A stretch of DNA of 63,836 nucleotides, counting the filler, from Pelomyxa schiedti (Eukaryota > Protista > Evosea), in the NCBI GenBank assembly GCA_020536535.1. It is 7 parts of 7 records of this genome, joined end to end, with 100 filler letters (N's around TTAATTAATTAA, not from the genome) between each part and the next. Parts side by side here need not be neighbours in the genome. Positions count along the whole stretch, not along the records: positions 1 to 27,731 come from JAHLWZ010001028.1; 6 more parts are not named here. One strand, 5' to 3'. The position numbers were made by a program, and so were the translations under genes. The notes beneath the pieces were generated by a model. It did not search any database. It saw only the letters and a list, made by a program, of their open reading frames with translations, and was not told the DNA's origin. Shown one piece after another: positions 1 to 13,700 of this stretch; positions within the stretch are counted from its first letter, which is position 1, and every line of letters starts with the position of its first letter.

Positions 1-343
1 CCAAATCGTAGTCCAACTTCAGGTCCAACACGCCGTGTTCGTGCGCCGGGCAACAATAAGTAGTCGCGTTTGGTTTCTCGGCCGGGAGCTCGGCGCCACA
101 AACGCTGCACTGGAACCCCACTACAGCCGTTCCATTTCTCGTCGCCGACGTGGGCGAGGAGGAGGACGAGGATTTCTTCTTGCCGCTGCCGCTGTTGCTG
201 GCGGCAACGGCCGCGGCCGAGGAAGTACCCGAGGCGACGGAATCGGGCAACGACGGGCGATCGCGCGGCGACCCATCAGTAGTAGCAGTAGCAGTAGCAA
301 CCGAGACTGTCACCGGTGTCGCCTTTGTCGTAGACACGGTCAT
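1..343 (-). CDS. Probable threonine synthase (class I type, N-terminal Zn-ribbon-like region); 5' part only, runs off the window
   Basis: Open frame from ATG at 343 to the window edge: MTVSTTKATP...GFQCSVCGAELPAEKPNATTYCCPAHEHGVLDLKLDYDL. This resembles the CxxCG...YxCP...LxLxxDY N-terminus of class I threonine synthases. The catalytic core is not visible. Confidence 0.55.
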   Translation of the reverse strand, partial: MTVSTTKATPVTVSVATATATTDGSPRDRPSLPDSVASGTSSAAAVAASNSGSGKKKSSSSSSPTSATRNGTAVVGFQCSVCGAELPAEKPNATTYCCPAHEHGVLDLKLDYDL

Positions 344-590
344 TGTGAGTCTCCGTCCCATCGCAGATCGCATTTTGGTTTGGCAAAATGAACTTTGTAA
401 AGAAAGAGACGCAACGAACGTACGCCCCGGCACTTTACAGTCCTCACACGCCAACCCGAGTGACCAATTTGGGTAGCGCAAACATGGTGTATAGTGACAC
501 CAACGCACCGTGACCCCAGATAGGGAGGATCCCCCTTGCGGCGCATTGTCGTCTACGTCGGTGTCGTTGCTGTTCTTGGTAGTTTGCCGA

Positions 591-1086
591 ATGTCAGCAA
601 CAAAAATTGTGGGTGACGACGATGAGGAGTATGTGGATGAGGAGGGATTTGTGGCTGAGCGACGCGCTGAAATGCGACTAGTTGGGGTGCACGTGACCGA
701 CTCTGATGACGACGAAGAGGACGAGGACGAGGAGGAGGAAGAAGAGGAAGCTGAGGTGCCAGTCCGAACGGCAACCCAAAACACACATGGTGCCGCCAAT
801 TATGGCGGGCCTGTGAGTGCCCCCACGGAGCTCAATCCTGAGGATGTTGAGAGCGATGTTGATGACGGGGAATGGGTCTCGGTTGCTGTGCCTGTGGTGC
901 AAGATCGCACAAAGAAGCAGGAGCCTCTTCCAGGTCATCCGAATCGCGGCAACTCTTTTCTCCACAACTAACAACATGAAAGGTTTTTCAGCTTCAACTA
1001 TGGTTCAAGGAATTCTTGATGACCTCAATGACTACGAAAGCCAGCAACAACTCTATACTAGAGGAAGACAACAATTGGCTGAATAA
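591..1086 (+). CDS. Small acidic hypothetical protein, 2 exons
   Basis: ATG at 591, poly-D/E tract, and a 49-nt GT-AG intron at 934-982 (CTAAC branch-like motif) joining ...QEPLPG to FSASTMVQGILDD...QQLAE*. Confidence 0.7.
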
Positions 1087-1165
1087 AAAAAACACCAGAC
1101 CACCGAGCCTGAGCGACGATAACGAAAAGTACAGCGTTCCGGTCTGTTGATTATTTTATTCAGCC
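1077..1165. mobile_element. 89-bp MITE, copy 1
   Basis: TIR GGCTGAATAAAA...TTTTATTCAGCC flanked by AATT on both sides (1073-1076, 1166-1169). Its reverse complement matches 31018-31106 at 83/89 positions. Confidence 0.85.
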
Positions 1166-1326
1166 AATTATTGGAATCACACAACACAGACTTTGAATCA
1201 CCTCAACCTGTAATTTACAAGCGTGAGCACACTTTCCAAAAGAGCACAAGGTCTTCACTGGTGGTTTTCTGTTTTGTTGAGCACAACAAACAACAAATTT
1301 CCGCGTGGCTTTATTGTTGGATTGTG

Positions 1327-4300
1327 TTATAGCACCTTTTGGAGCTCAAACAAGTAGGTAACCATGCTGAGCTTCTCTGGGACTGACATGTCTAAAATGT
1401 CCTGTTCGTCCAGCTGTGTTTATGTATTGGGTTGGTGGGAGGGAGAATTAAGGTGGTGGAGGGATTTGTACAGACCAACTTGGGAACGCCGAGGGTCTCA
1501 GCAGCATCAAATGCGAGCTTGAGGTTCTCTGCTGCGTTTTCTTTTTTGAGGGAGTTAAAGTCCACAAGCTCCGGGTGCTTCTTGTGGATCAGAGCGCAAA
1601 AGGCAAGTCCGTCTTTGAAACTCTACCGGTGTATTTGAGTGAGTACAGAGTTTATTGGAGTTTATTTTGTTGTGGGATTTGAGTAGAGTGGGGTTGGGTT
1701 TGTGGGAAGGAATTGATACCGTTGTGGCATTGGTAATATTAACATCCCGGTATCCAGTTGTTTCGTCCTGGCACCATCGGATAAGTTGTCCAACCTGTCA
1801 ATTTTGTAGTGGAGTGAGAGGCGTTGTGCAGTGTAATCGGGGTGGAACCTTATCAGTTGGCGCCGGTTTCTAGAAAAAGAATGAGTTGGAGGAACGTAGA
1901 AATAGTACATACTCGAGATGGAGTCGGGGGTACTGTGTTGGGCGGCACAGTCTGCGTTGGGCCTACTGATATAGTGGTAGAAATAGCCGGCACTGGGGAA
2001 GGCGGTGTAACTGGTTTCTTTCCTTCTTGTGAAGTCAGTATTGTTGACTGCACGATTTTCTGGGTAGTCAGAGCTGACGGCAAAGGTGACGGAGTTTTGG
2101 TTGGTGCTTTTGGTGTTGCTGCTTTCCTTGGTGTTGTTGTTTGGGAAATGGAACTGTTGTTTGGAGAGGTGAGTTTACCAGTTGGCTTAGCTATGGCCGT
2201 GTGTGGTTGGGTAATGTAAATATCGTTGTGCTGGAACCCTTTTTGGGTGGCCTGCCAGCGTGGTAGTGTTGTTTGTTGATGCAATTTGATTGCTTGGTCT
2301 GCTCTTCTAGTAGAAGGTGAGTAAGTCGGATGGTTTTCGAGAAAGAGAAACTACTGTTGAAGTGCCAGCTCTCGGCGGCTCTCGTAAACAGAAGTTGTTG
2401 CAGTTAGCCTCCCTGGGATGGGCATTGTAGAAGAAAGATCAGAAGATGGTGTTGTCCTGGTTGGTCGCGGAGTAGAAGTGTGTGGATGTATATTGGTTGT
2501 GGTAGGGCGTGGTGTCATTGCATTTCTCGTTGTTGTGGGTAGTTGAGCTCTGGGAGTTACACTTGTTCTGTTAGTGGTGACATGGGGTGTTGTTATAGTA
2601 GTTCTTGTGTTTGTTGGGGTTCTTGGAGTTGCAGTCGATGTTCTTGGTGTCGTTGTGGGTGTTCGTGGGGTTGCTGTTCTTGGAGTCACTGTGGGTGTTC
2701 TAAAGGTGGTCGTTGGTGTTCTTGTTGGGGGAGTGGTTGTTGGCGTTCTGGTTAAGGTGGTTGTTGGGGTTCTTGTTGGAGGAGCTGTCCTTGGAGTTGT
2801 TGTGGGCCTTGGTGTTGGAACTGTGGTTCTTGGAGTGTTAACTTGCCTTGGTGTCACTTCCGGTCTTCTTGGCGTCGACGTGGTTACCGTAGGTGATGAG
2901 GTTACTCTTGTCGATGGTGTTATTCTTGGGGACGGTACTACCCTTGGAGTAGTTGCGGGTGTTGAAACCGTTCTGGATGTGGGGGTTCTAAATGTGGAAG
3001 TGGTAGTTCTCGGTGTAATGGTGGTTCTTTCCAGTGCAGTTACTGTTCTTTGTGATACAGTGGGTGTTCTTGGTTGAGTACTTGTAAGTGACCTTTGAAG
3101 GGTGGTTGTGGTAACTCGCTGTGTAGTTACTGTGGTTCTTGATGCTGGGGTTGTGGGAGGTCTCACCAATGTTCTGGGTATTGGACTTCTAGGTGTAGTT
3201 GTTTCCCGCAGTGATGAAGTTCCCGGTGATGGCCTTGGGGTACCCACTGTGTGTACTGGGGGAGCAGAGTGCGGAGTATTATTGATAATCGGCCTTGCGG
3301 GTGTATGTGGAGAGGCTGCTGTATGAGTTGGGGTTGGGAGCTGACTGTTTGGAGGGCGACGTAAGGAAAGAAGAGAGGAAGGGTCTTTTCCGCGAGTAGG
3401 CGTAATGAAATGTGGTACGGCAGTGGGAGGACGCAGGTGCGACGGTGTTGTAGAATTGAGAGAGGTAGGAGTTCTTGCTGCTGGAGTAGTTCTCGTGGAA
3501 ATGGAAGGGTGCTTTGGGGGAATATGTGGAGAAGGACTACTGGGACGGGGTCTTGGTTCTTCTGAGCTATCCGAGTCTTTGGAGCCGACTTTAGGTTTAA
3601 CTAGGGGAGTTTTTGATGTTCTTGCTGAGGGTACAGTGTGTGCTGCAGTGACAGAACGTACAGGAGGTGATACCTTTGGGAAGTAAGAGAAGCGGCATTT
3701 GCGTTTGTTCACATACCTTGGTTGGTTTAGTAGGGGAACTTAACGTAACAGGGGGAGCCAATTTCTTTGCAGCGTGGATACAGAACTCATCAAACAGGAT
3801 AAATCCTCCATGATTTACATCAATCAAATCGAAAGTTCTTCTTAACGAGTCCCCTTGAAGCGGCTCTAATCCAAGAGTGGTGTACAGCTGATTGAACTCT
3901 TCAAAGGAAATTCTCTTGTCGCTGTTCTGTGGCGTGTCAAAATTCATGCTGCGAGTGTGGGAGGGTACGGTGTCCAGCTGTCTGAATAGTTTTCCGATGT
4001 AGTCGAAATACGCAAGAAGCAGGAGTAAGTGCTTGAACTCACCGCGCTGTACATATCCGTCTCCACTCAAATCTGCTGCTTTGTATGCTCTCATTATTGC
4101 AGCTTTATTTTTTGCATACTGACAAAGTTTGATATGGTTTATTTTTGTTGGATGTAAAAAAAACCTGGGGCATTTCAGAAATGATGACTTTGTCAATTTC
4201 TGCCAAGGACAGGATGTTATTGTGGTTGAAATCTGCGGACTCCCAAAGGCGATTGAGTTCTTCATCAGAGATGACCGGCAGAACAAGGGGTGATCTGATT

Positions 4301-7300
4301 GCTGCTTTGGAGCTTTTTGTAGCTGAGGGGGCAACAGCAACAGAAGAACCCTTTGCTGGAGGTGGAGGAGCAAGTCTCTTAGCCATATGGATGCAAAACT
4401 CATCAAAAAGGATATATCCTCCATGATTGATATCAATGGAATAAAATAAGTTCTCCAATGATTCATCTCCAGTTGTAAAGCCCAGTGATTTGTAAGTTTG
4501 TATGAATTCTTCTAATGAAACCCTCTTATCGGCATTCTAGAGATAATGAGGAAACGTTTGGGGAAAAAGGTACCTTGTCGAGATGTTTGAAGAGTTTCCC
4601 AATGTGATCAAAGTATGAAAGCAACGTCATGAGATACTCAAACTCACACCTCTGGATGTAACCATCCAAGGAAATGTCTGCTGCCTTGTACGCTCGCATC
4701 ATTGCCGCCTTGTTGCTGGCAAACTTACAGAAAGGAAATTAGCTCGGTGTTGAAGGACAGCCAGTCGAACCTCGGGCAACTCGAACACAAGGAGTTTGTC
4801 TATTTCAGCCAATGACAGCTTTCCGTTTTTGTTGACATCTGCCAGTGTCCAAAGCTTCTCAAGGTGCTCCTTAGTGTATATTGGAATTTCCATTCCACGT
4901 AAAATTGCAGTGGTTTTCTGTAACCATTTAAAAGGAGATAAACTAGGAATTATGTAACCTTGAAATAAGGTAATTTCACTGTATGACGTTCAGCCTCCTG
5001 GTTTCTAATAATTTCCTGTAGTTTTACTCGATCCTCGGCCGGCGGTTGAGGTGGAGCAAGTTGTTTTGCCACATGCATACAGAACTCATCGAAAAGTATG
5101 TATCCCCCATTATTTGTATCAATTGAATGAAATAGATCTTCTAATGTTTGCTCTTCCCTTGCCAGCCCCAATGTGTCATAGGCCTCTCGAAATTCTTCAA
5201 AGGATATTCTTTTGTCCACATTCTTTATTATTTGTTTTAGTGTTGAAAGTAGAGTTCTGGTAGAACTCTACCTTGTCCATGTGCTTAAACAACTTTCCCG
5301 CATGATCGAAGTAAGCTAATAAGAGCATCAGATGCTTGAACTCGCACTGCTGGACATATCCATCCCCACTCAAGTCCGCAGCTTTGAATGCCCTCATTAT
5401 TGCTGCCTTATTGCTTGCATACTAAGGAAAGTTACATAATGCCGAAAGGCGTTCTTAAAAGTAGTTCACACTTGGGGAAGTTCGAAAACCAGAAGCCTGT
5501 CGATTTCCGCCAGCGAGAGGAGGTGATTGTGATTGACATCGGCAAGAGACCACAGTTCATTTAATCTCTCATCTGTGTAGGAAGGAAGCGCCAACTTACC
5601 GGCAAAGACCTGTGTTGCATGAGGGGTTAATTTAACATTCTTGGCACATTACATTGTTCTTGGGTTTTGCAGAAGGTTTGGAAATAGTGGGAGCTGGTAC
5701 AATTTCTTTAGGCGGTGGTGGAGGAGCAAGTTTCTTGGCAAGAAAAATGCAGAATTCATCGAACAGTATGAAGCCACCATGGTTTACATCGATAGATTCA
5801 AATAAACTAGCAATTGATTGCCCCTCAGATGAGATATGAAGTGAGTTGAAGGCATCTTGAAACTCTTCAAATGAAACGCGTTTGTCCATGTTCTAATTTC
5901 CGAATAGGTGGCTCATCAAGTGTCTTAAAGGTTACCTTGTCCAGATGTTTGAATAATTTTCCCAGATGATCAAAGTACGAAAGAAGCAGCATAAAGTAGT
6001 CAAACTCACACCGTTGTATATATCTGTCCCTGGAAAGATCTGCAGCCTTGTATGCTCGCATAATAGCAGCTTTATTACCAGCCAACTTGGGGAGTTAGGG
6101 TGAGGAAATGGGTGCTTTTCTGGCGAACCTCAGGCATTTCATATACAAGAAGTTTATCAATTTCAGCAAGAGACAAAATGCCGTTTTTGTTCCAGTCGGC
6201 GATTGACCATAACTTGTCTAGGTGCTCTTGGGTGTAGACTGGAATCTCTAAACCCTTGGAAATCAAGTTGTAGGCCTGCACAAGTAATGTCAGATAAGGG
6301 TAAAATTTGGGGATCTGCAAACTTTCACAGTATGAATAGGTTTCGCAGACTTCGAGTCTCGTTGTTGTAACATTTGTTCCTTAAGTCTTGCCCGTTCCTC
6401 TTGGGGTGGTGGAGGTGGGGCTAACTTCTTGGCAACGTGCCCGCAGAATTCGTCAAACAGTATGTAACCCCCGTGATTTGTGTCAATAGAATTAAATACG
6501 TCTTGCAAGGACCCCTCCTCCTCAAGGGATAGTGTACTGTAAGCTTCCTTGAACTCTGGGAAAGACACTCTCTTGTCCATGTTCTGAATGGGGAGCAGTT
6601 GGTAAGAATATCGACATAGGAAACGATACCTTATCAAGATGCTTGAACATTTTGCCAACGTGCTCATAATAGGCAATAAATAGAAGCAGGTGTTTGAATT
6701 CACACCTTTGAACATATCCGTCACCACTCAGGTCAGCTGATTTATATGCCCGCATGAGAGCAGCTTTGTCGCTGGCAAACTTTGAGAATACTTAGGCTGT
6801 GCTTATTGTACTTGGGTATTACCTGAGGTAGTTCAAAAACAACAAGTTTGTCAATTTCTGCAAGAGAAAGCATGTGGTTCCCATTGACATCAGCAAGGGA
6901 CCATAACTCGTTGAGCCGCTCTTCAGAGAAAGCAGGTAAGTTCAGTGTCTCTCTAAATTGGGTGGGCACCTTTTTTTTTGGTGAGGATGAATATCGTTGG
7001 AGCAAATCAAACCGTTGAGCTTTCTCTTGCAACTTTATGAGTAGTCACAGAAGCAGGATGCTCCTTTGGTGGGGGTGGGGGAGCAAGTTTTTTGGCCATA
7101 TGAATACAAAATTCATCAAAAAGAATGAAGCCTCCGTTATTAGTATCAATCAGCCTAAACTCAGTTTGAAGATCCTCTGAAGGAAGTCCTAGGGTGTTAT
7201 ATGACTCTTGAAACTCCTCGAGTGATACACGTTTGTCCATGTTCTACAGAGCGTAAATGAACTTATATTCATCAGAGAAGCCACCTGGTCGAGATGTTTG

Positions 7301-9105
7301 AAGAGTTTCCCAATGTGATCAAAGTATGAAAGCAACGTCATGAGATACTCAAACTCACACCTCTGGATGTAACCATCCAAGGAAATGTCTGCTGCCTTGT
7401 ACGCTCGCATCATTGCCGCCTTGTTGCTGGCAAACTTACAGAAAGGAAATTAGCTCGGTGTTGAAGGACAGCCAGTCGAACCTCGGGCAACTCGAACACA
7501 AGGAGTTTGTCTATTTCAGCCAATGACAGCTTTCCGTTTTTGTTGACATCTGCCAGTGTCCAAAGTTTCTCAAGGTGCTCCTTGGTATAAATAGGAATTT
7601 CCAGTTTTGATACAGTCACAACTTCTTTCTTTTGGAGATTAGTGTTAGGCAACATAAAGTGAAAGCACACTCTGGGGTTGTTTATGGGTGCTGGTAGATT
7701 GATTGCGTGAGTAGGAACTGGTTCTACATGTTCGGGAGGTGGAGGTGGAGCAAGTTTCTTTGCCATATGAATACAAAATTCCTCGAACAAGATGAACCCC
7801 CCAGCGTTGGTATCAATAGAAGAAAAAATTCTTTCCAGGTCCAAGCCTTCAGTGTCAACCCCAAGGGTACAATATGCCTGTCTGAATTCTTCAAGTGTAA
7901 CTCGTTTATCTAAGTTCTTGTAATATGAGATATAGAAATCGAGTTTCAAACTGTGACCTTATCCAAGTGTTTGAACATTTTTCCGATGTGATCATAGTAG
8001 GCAAGTAAAAGCATAAGATGTTTGAACTCACATCTCTGAACATATCCATCCCCACTCAAGTCTGCTGACTTGTATGCCCTCATCATTGCAGCTTTATTAC
8101 TCGCGAACTTCGTTGAAATGCCATTATTTACAAAAAAAAAAAAAAAAAAAAAAAAAAAGAGAGAGAGAGAAAAGAACCTGGGGCATCTCAAATACTATCA
8201 GTTTATCTATTTCAGCAAGTGATAGGAGGTTGTTGTTGTTAACATCAGCTAATGTCCAAAGTTGTGAAAGTCTCTCATCAGAAAAGGTCGGTAAAGCTAG
8301 CTGATTTACAAATGGAGTAGCCTGATGCATCATCAAATCAGGTTGATAGGTAATAGGAAATATATACCTCCGGGGAAAGGGCGGGGACTTTTTCCTTTGG
8401 AACAGTGTCATCACCCCACGTGTGCACGGGAGGGGGAGGAGGGGCAAGTTTTTTGGCCATATGAGCACAAAATTCGTCAAAAAGGATGAAACCACCGCCA
8501 TTTGCATCAATCCGATTAAAAAGATCTTCAACTGGTTCAGCTTCAGCAGAAAGCCCCAGAGATAGATAGGCCTGCGTGAATTCCTCAAGGGAGACACGTT
8601 TGTCAACGTCCTGCCAAATTCGTAACGGAGTGCGGTTAAAGAACGAAATATAAAATACTTTGTCAAGGTGCCTGAACATTCGCCCGATATTATCAAAGTA
8701 GCCAACTAGTGTCATCAAATACTTAAACTCGTTCTTTTGAACAAAGCCATCGCGGTTCAAATCTGCAGCTTTGTATGCTCTCATAAGAGCTGACTTATTT
8801 GAAGCAAACTTTGGATTGGTCAATATCACAAACAGGAAGAATAGGAAAGTAAACTTGTGGGAATTCAAGTAGAATGACTTTATCAATTTCTGCCAAGGAA
8901 AGCATGTTGTTGTGATTGTTGTCAGCCTCCAGCCAAAGTTCCTTCAGCCTTTCATCAGATAGCTCATCAATCTTGATGGGAACTGCCAGACTCTGCATTC
9001 ACAAAACCAGGAATAAGAAAACCACGGAACGGCCCCGCGTCCCAAAGCCAATAAAGAAAGAAGTGATCGTAGATCCGTTCGTACTTGGTCTTGTGTTGTT
9101 GTCAT
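1327..9105 (-). CDS. Giant multi-exon protein: 8x calflagin-like four-EF-hand units + Pro/Thr-rich linker + C-terminal calponin-homology (CH) domain
   Basis: Eight repeats of LWxxADxNxNxxLSLAEID / [28 protein letters not shown] / DKRxSxEEF / [27 protein letters not shown] at ~3740-9000. In-frame splices lead into ORFs 2351-3712 and 1853-2284, then [44 protein letters not shown]...[15 protein letters not shown] (CH domain, stop at 1327). The start is uncertain: ATG 9105, or an extra exon up to ~9250. Confidence 0.85.
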
Positions 9106-9366
9106 CTTTGCTATTTACTATTAGCCCTGTGCCCTTTGTGCCACACACCAACGGCCAGATCCTCTCTTTGTTTTTTCTTATGTTTCTGCTGTATGATTTC
9201 TGCGTATTCCGAAACGATCAAAGAGGCACCAGTTCCCGGCTCAATCTACATCAACTCAGACTGACCCACCCGTGGGGCTACAAGTGGGTTCCAGACGAGA
9301 GCACGGCATCATTCCCCTGCTTCATTATCCACTCATTCCTGTGTGAAAGTAAAAATCATTAAATAA

Positions 9367-10468
<1,102 letters not shown>

Positions 10469-10702
10469 AACGAAAAAAACCAAACCAATCTCATTCACCC
10501 AATAAACACTCACACTCTTCCCTCCCTGTCATGTATCATGACAATGATACTATCCGATCCATTCCTGTTGGTTATCACCACCTCAACAAACGCGAAACGA
10601 ACCCAAAACCAAAATAAAAGACGAAACGCCCGTTCTTCCGAAACACGAAACAAAAAAAAAAAAAACCCCTAGCACGACTGTAGTACCACCACCAACGACA
10701 TC

Positions 10703-13700
10703 ATGTCGAGCACGAGCATAACGCAGAGCGACTTTGAGCGAGGGATGGAGTTCGTGACCAAGTACAAGCAGCAGCTCGAGGACCCGACCGTGCCGCTCGT
10801 GCACATCAAGGTGATGACCAAGGCCCTGGGGTCCAGGCAGGACAGCGACCCCGTCGCCAGGAGGCTGTACAAGACCGTCGAGGCCGCCTTACAGGACGGT
10901 GTGTGTGTGTCCGTGTGTGCCTTTTGGTGGCGACGTCGCTTGCCTCGTGTGACCATTATGGGTGCCTTTGTTGAATTTGGACGAATAAGTTTTGCCACTT
11001 GTGTTTGTTTTTTTTTTTGTTTTATAAGTGATTCCTATGCCTCGTTTTTTGCCTGGAGACGTGTGAGTTGTTATGTCTGGTGTGGAGATGTTGTTATGTT
11101 GGTTAAATTCTTTTCTAGGGGAAAGTGGAGAGGCCCCAGTTGCGGCTGCAGGAGGAAAACCTGTTAAAAAAACAGGAACTACAAGGCAAGCTACTGAGAG
11201 AATGGCCAAACTGAAAGTGGCTTTCAAAATTTTGAGTGTGGACCCAAGAGTGGCAAGAATAGCAGTACGAATGAGCTTTCGAGGGCGAATTAGACTAATC
11301 TTTGTAATGTATTAGATTCTTCAGAAGAGGGAAGGACGTCTCTCCTACGAGGATGTTTTGTGGGCTGTTGGGCCAAATTTCTTATCTCCCAGTACGTTTC
11401 TTTTCTTCTGGGTGCTGTGTGACTTGAACTAGAAAAAAAACCAATGTTGACAGAGCTCCTAAAAGTAAAGGGGCTTATCTCTGCAGCTGCTACACAGAAA
11501 GCTTATGAACTGGTATTTCGATTCCCTCTAACTGTCTCAAATGACATATTTCCCTCTTACCCTCAAGGCTTTGAATTCTCTTCCCCATGTTTCTCCTGAC
11601 GCGACTCCTTTGACCCCAGCTCAGCTTAAAAAACTTCATGAGAAGCAACTTAAAGAAATTACCGAATCTTCCTCGGCTGCCGCAATTACTGGTACAAGAT
11701 TCACCATTGTCTCAGAGTTGCTAATGGAAACAGGAATGAGCCCTGAACTTCTGGAAAAGATTACAGCTTGCTTCACCAGGCTTAAAACAACTGAACTCAC
11801 GAAAGAAGACTTTGGTTTGCTACTACCCCTGGTAAATAGTACCTACATTCTTCATCTCTATCTGATTGACCTTCTACAGCTAAACTTCCGTGCCCACGCT
11901 CTTTGTCACCGGTTCTTCAACAAGTTGGACACTGAAGGGAAGGGCTCTGTGTCCCTTCAAAAAATCGTTGCAATTAAGCTTCTTTCTTCCCTTTCAGACC
12001 AAGATCCCGTTGCTGTGAAGGAGAGCCTTATAAAAGTTGGCTCTGTATTATTTGACGTTGCGGATATTGATAAATCTGGCATGGTTCCCGAAATACAAAA
12101 TATCTCTAACATCGCCCTAAGGAACACTTGAAAAATCGGAGTTCAAGTTGATGCTCAAAAATAGTGGCCGACAAGACTTGGTGCAAGCTGTTTTCCATCA
12201 TAAAAAGTCACTCACAAAGGAAGAATTTTTAGAAGCGTTGAGGAATCTAAAATTCGAAGCCCCAGGTACATTTTCATATCACCAGAATATAAAAGGCTTA
12301 CTTTCAAAAAAGCACCAGCCCCAGAAAAGCCAAAAAGCCCTGCAATAAGCACAGACGACATAAGCGCCGTATCATCAAAACTCGCCGAAAAAGTTCCAGA
12401 GACACAAGTTTCGCAAACTCCAATACCTGCAAACAAATCTTCACCAGGAGCCAGTGGGAGTGGTGAGGCTGTGCTGACTGGCAAAAAGGCCTCTTCCTCT
12501 TCATCCTCTTCATCGTCTGCATCACCAAAACTTAAAGTTGTTGTGAAAGAGTCTGCCACTGCAACACCAATACCAACAATTAGCAGAGGTAGTGCACCTC
12601 CAACTCCAACTCCCACACCCACACCAATGCCAACTATTTCTAGAGGCGCACCTTCCACCCCAACACCAACACCAACGCCAACTCCAACTCCAACGCCAAT
12701 GCCAACAATTTCCAGAGGGTCGCCAACTCCCACCGCAGCTCCAGTTACACCCACTGTGGAGGTAAAAAAACCAGAGAGTTCTAGCTCTAGTTCGAGTTCC
12801 AGCTCTACTCCAAAAGCGGCTACACCAGTTACTCCCGTAACTCCCCCAGTTACTCTTCCCGTAATTTCCCGAGGAGCACCCAATCCGCCTGCAGTAGTTC
12901 CCCCTGTTGTTGCCAAACCTGAATCAAGTTCCTCGAGTTCTTCAAGCTCTTCTTCCAGTTCAGAACCAGCTCCCAAGCCAGCTGCTCCAGCAACCTTACC
13001 ACCTGTTACCATGCCAGCCAAGCCAACCCTCAATTTCCCAGTAATCGCACGAGGATCTGCACCACCAACACCCACACCCACTCCCACGCCCACCCCTACT
13101 CCTACACCTTCTCCAGCATTCCCTACAATTGCCAGAGGAGGTGCACCTCCCACTCCAACGCCTACTCCAGCTGTATCCCCAACTCCAACACCCACACCCT
13201 CTGCCTTCCCTACCATTTCTAGAGGAGGGCCCCCACCCACTCCCACACCCACAGTCACCCCCACACCTACCCCAACTCCTACACCAACTCCATTTCCTAC
13301 AATAGCCCGTGGAGGTGCTCCGCCAGTTCCCACTCCCGTAACACCCACTCCAGCTCCCAAAGAATCCTCTTCTTCCTCCAGTAGTTCGTCCTCCTCTTCA
13401 GAACCAGCCCAGGTGAAGCCTGTAGTCCCAGCAGTGCCTGTACCCGTAGTGACTCCTGCACCAGCAGTTGCTCCTGTCCCTGCTAACAAAGTTTCTAGCT
13501 CAAGTAGTTCCTCCTCTAGTAGTTCCTCCAGCTCAGAGACCCCAGCCAAACCTGTGGTTGCAACACCTACTGCTGTAGTTGTTCCAACACCGGCTCCTGT
13601 ACCCACTCCTGCGGCTAAGCCTGCATCTTCGTCTTCTAGCTCTTCTTCTTCCTCGGGTTCTTCCTCTGAATCCCCAGCTCCCACTCCGGCTCCAGCTCCC

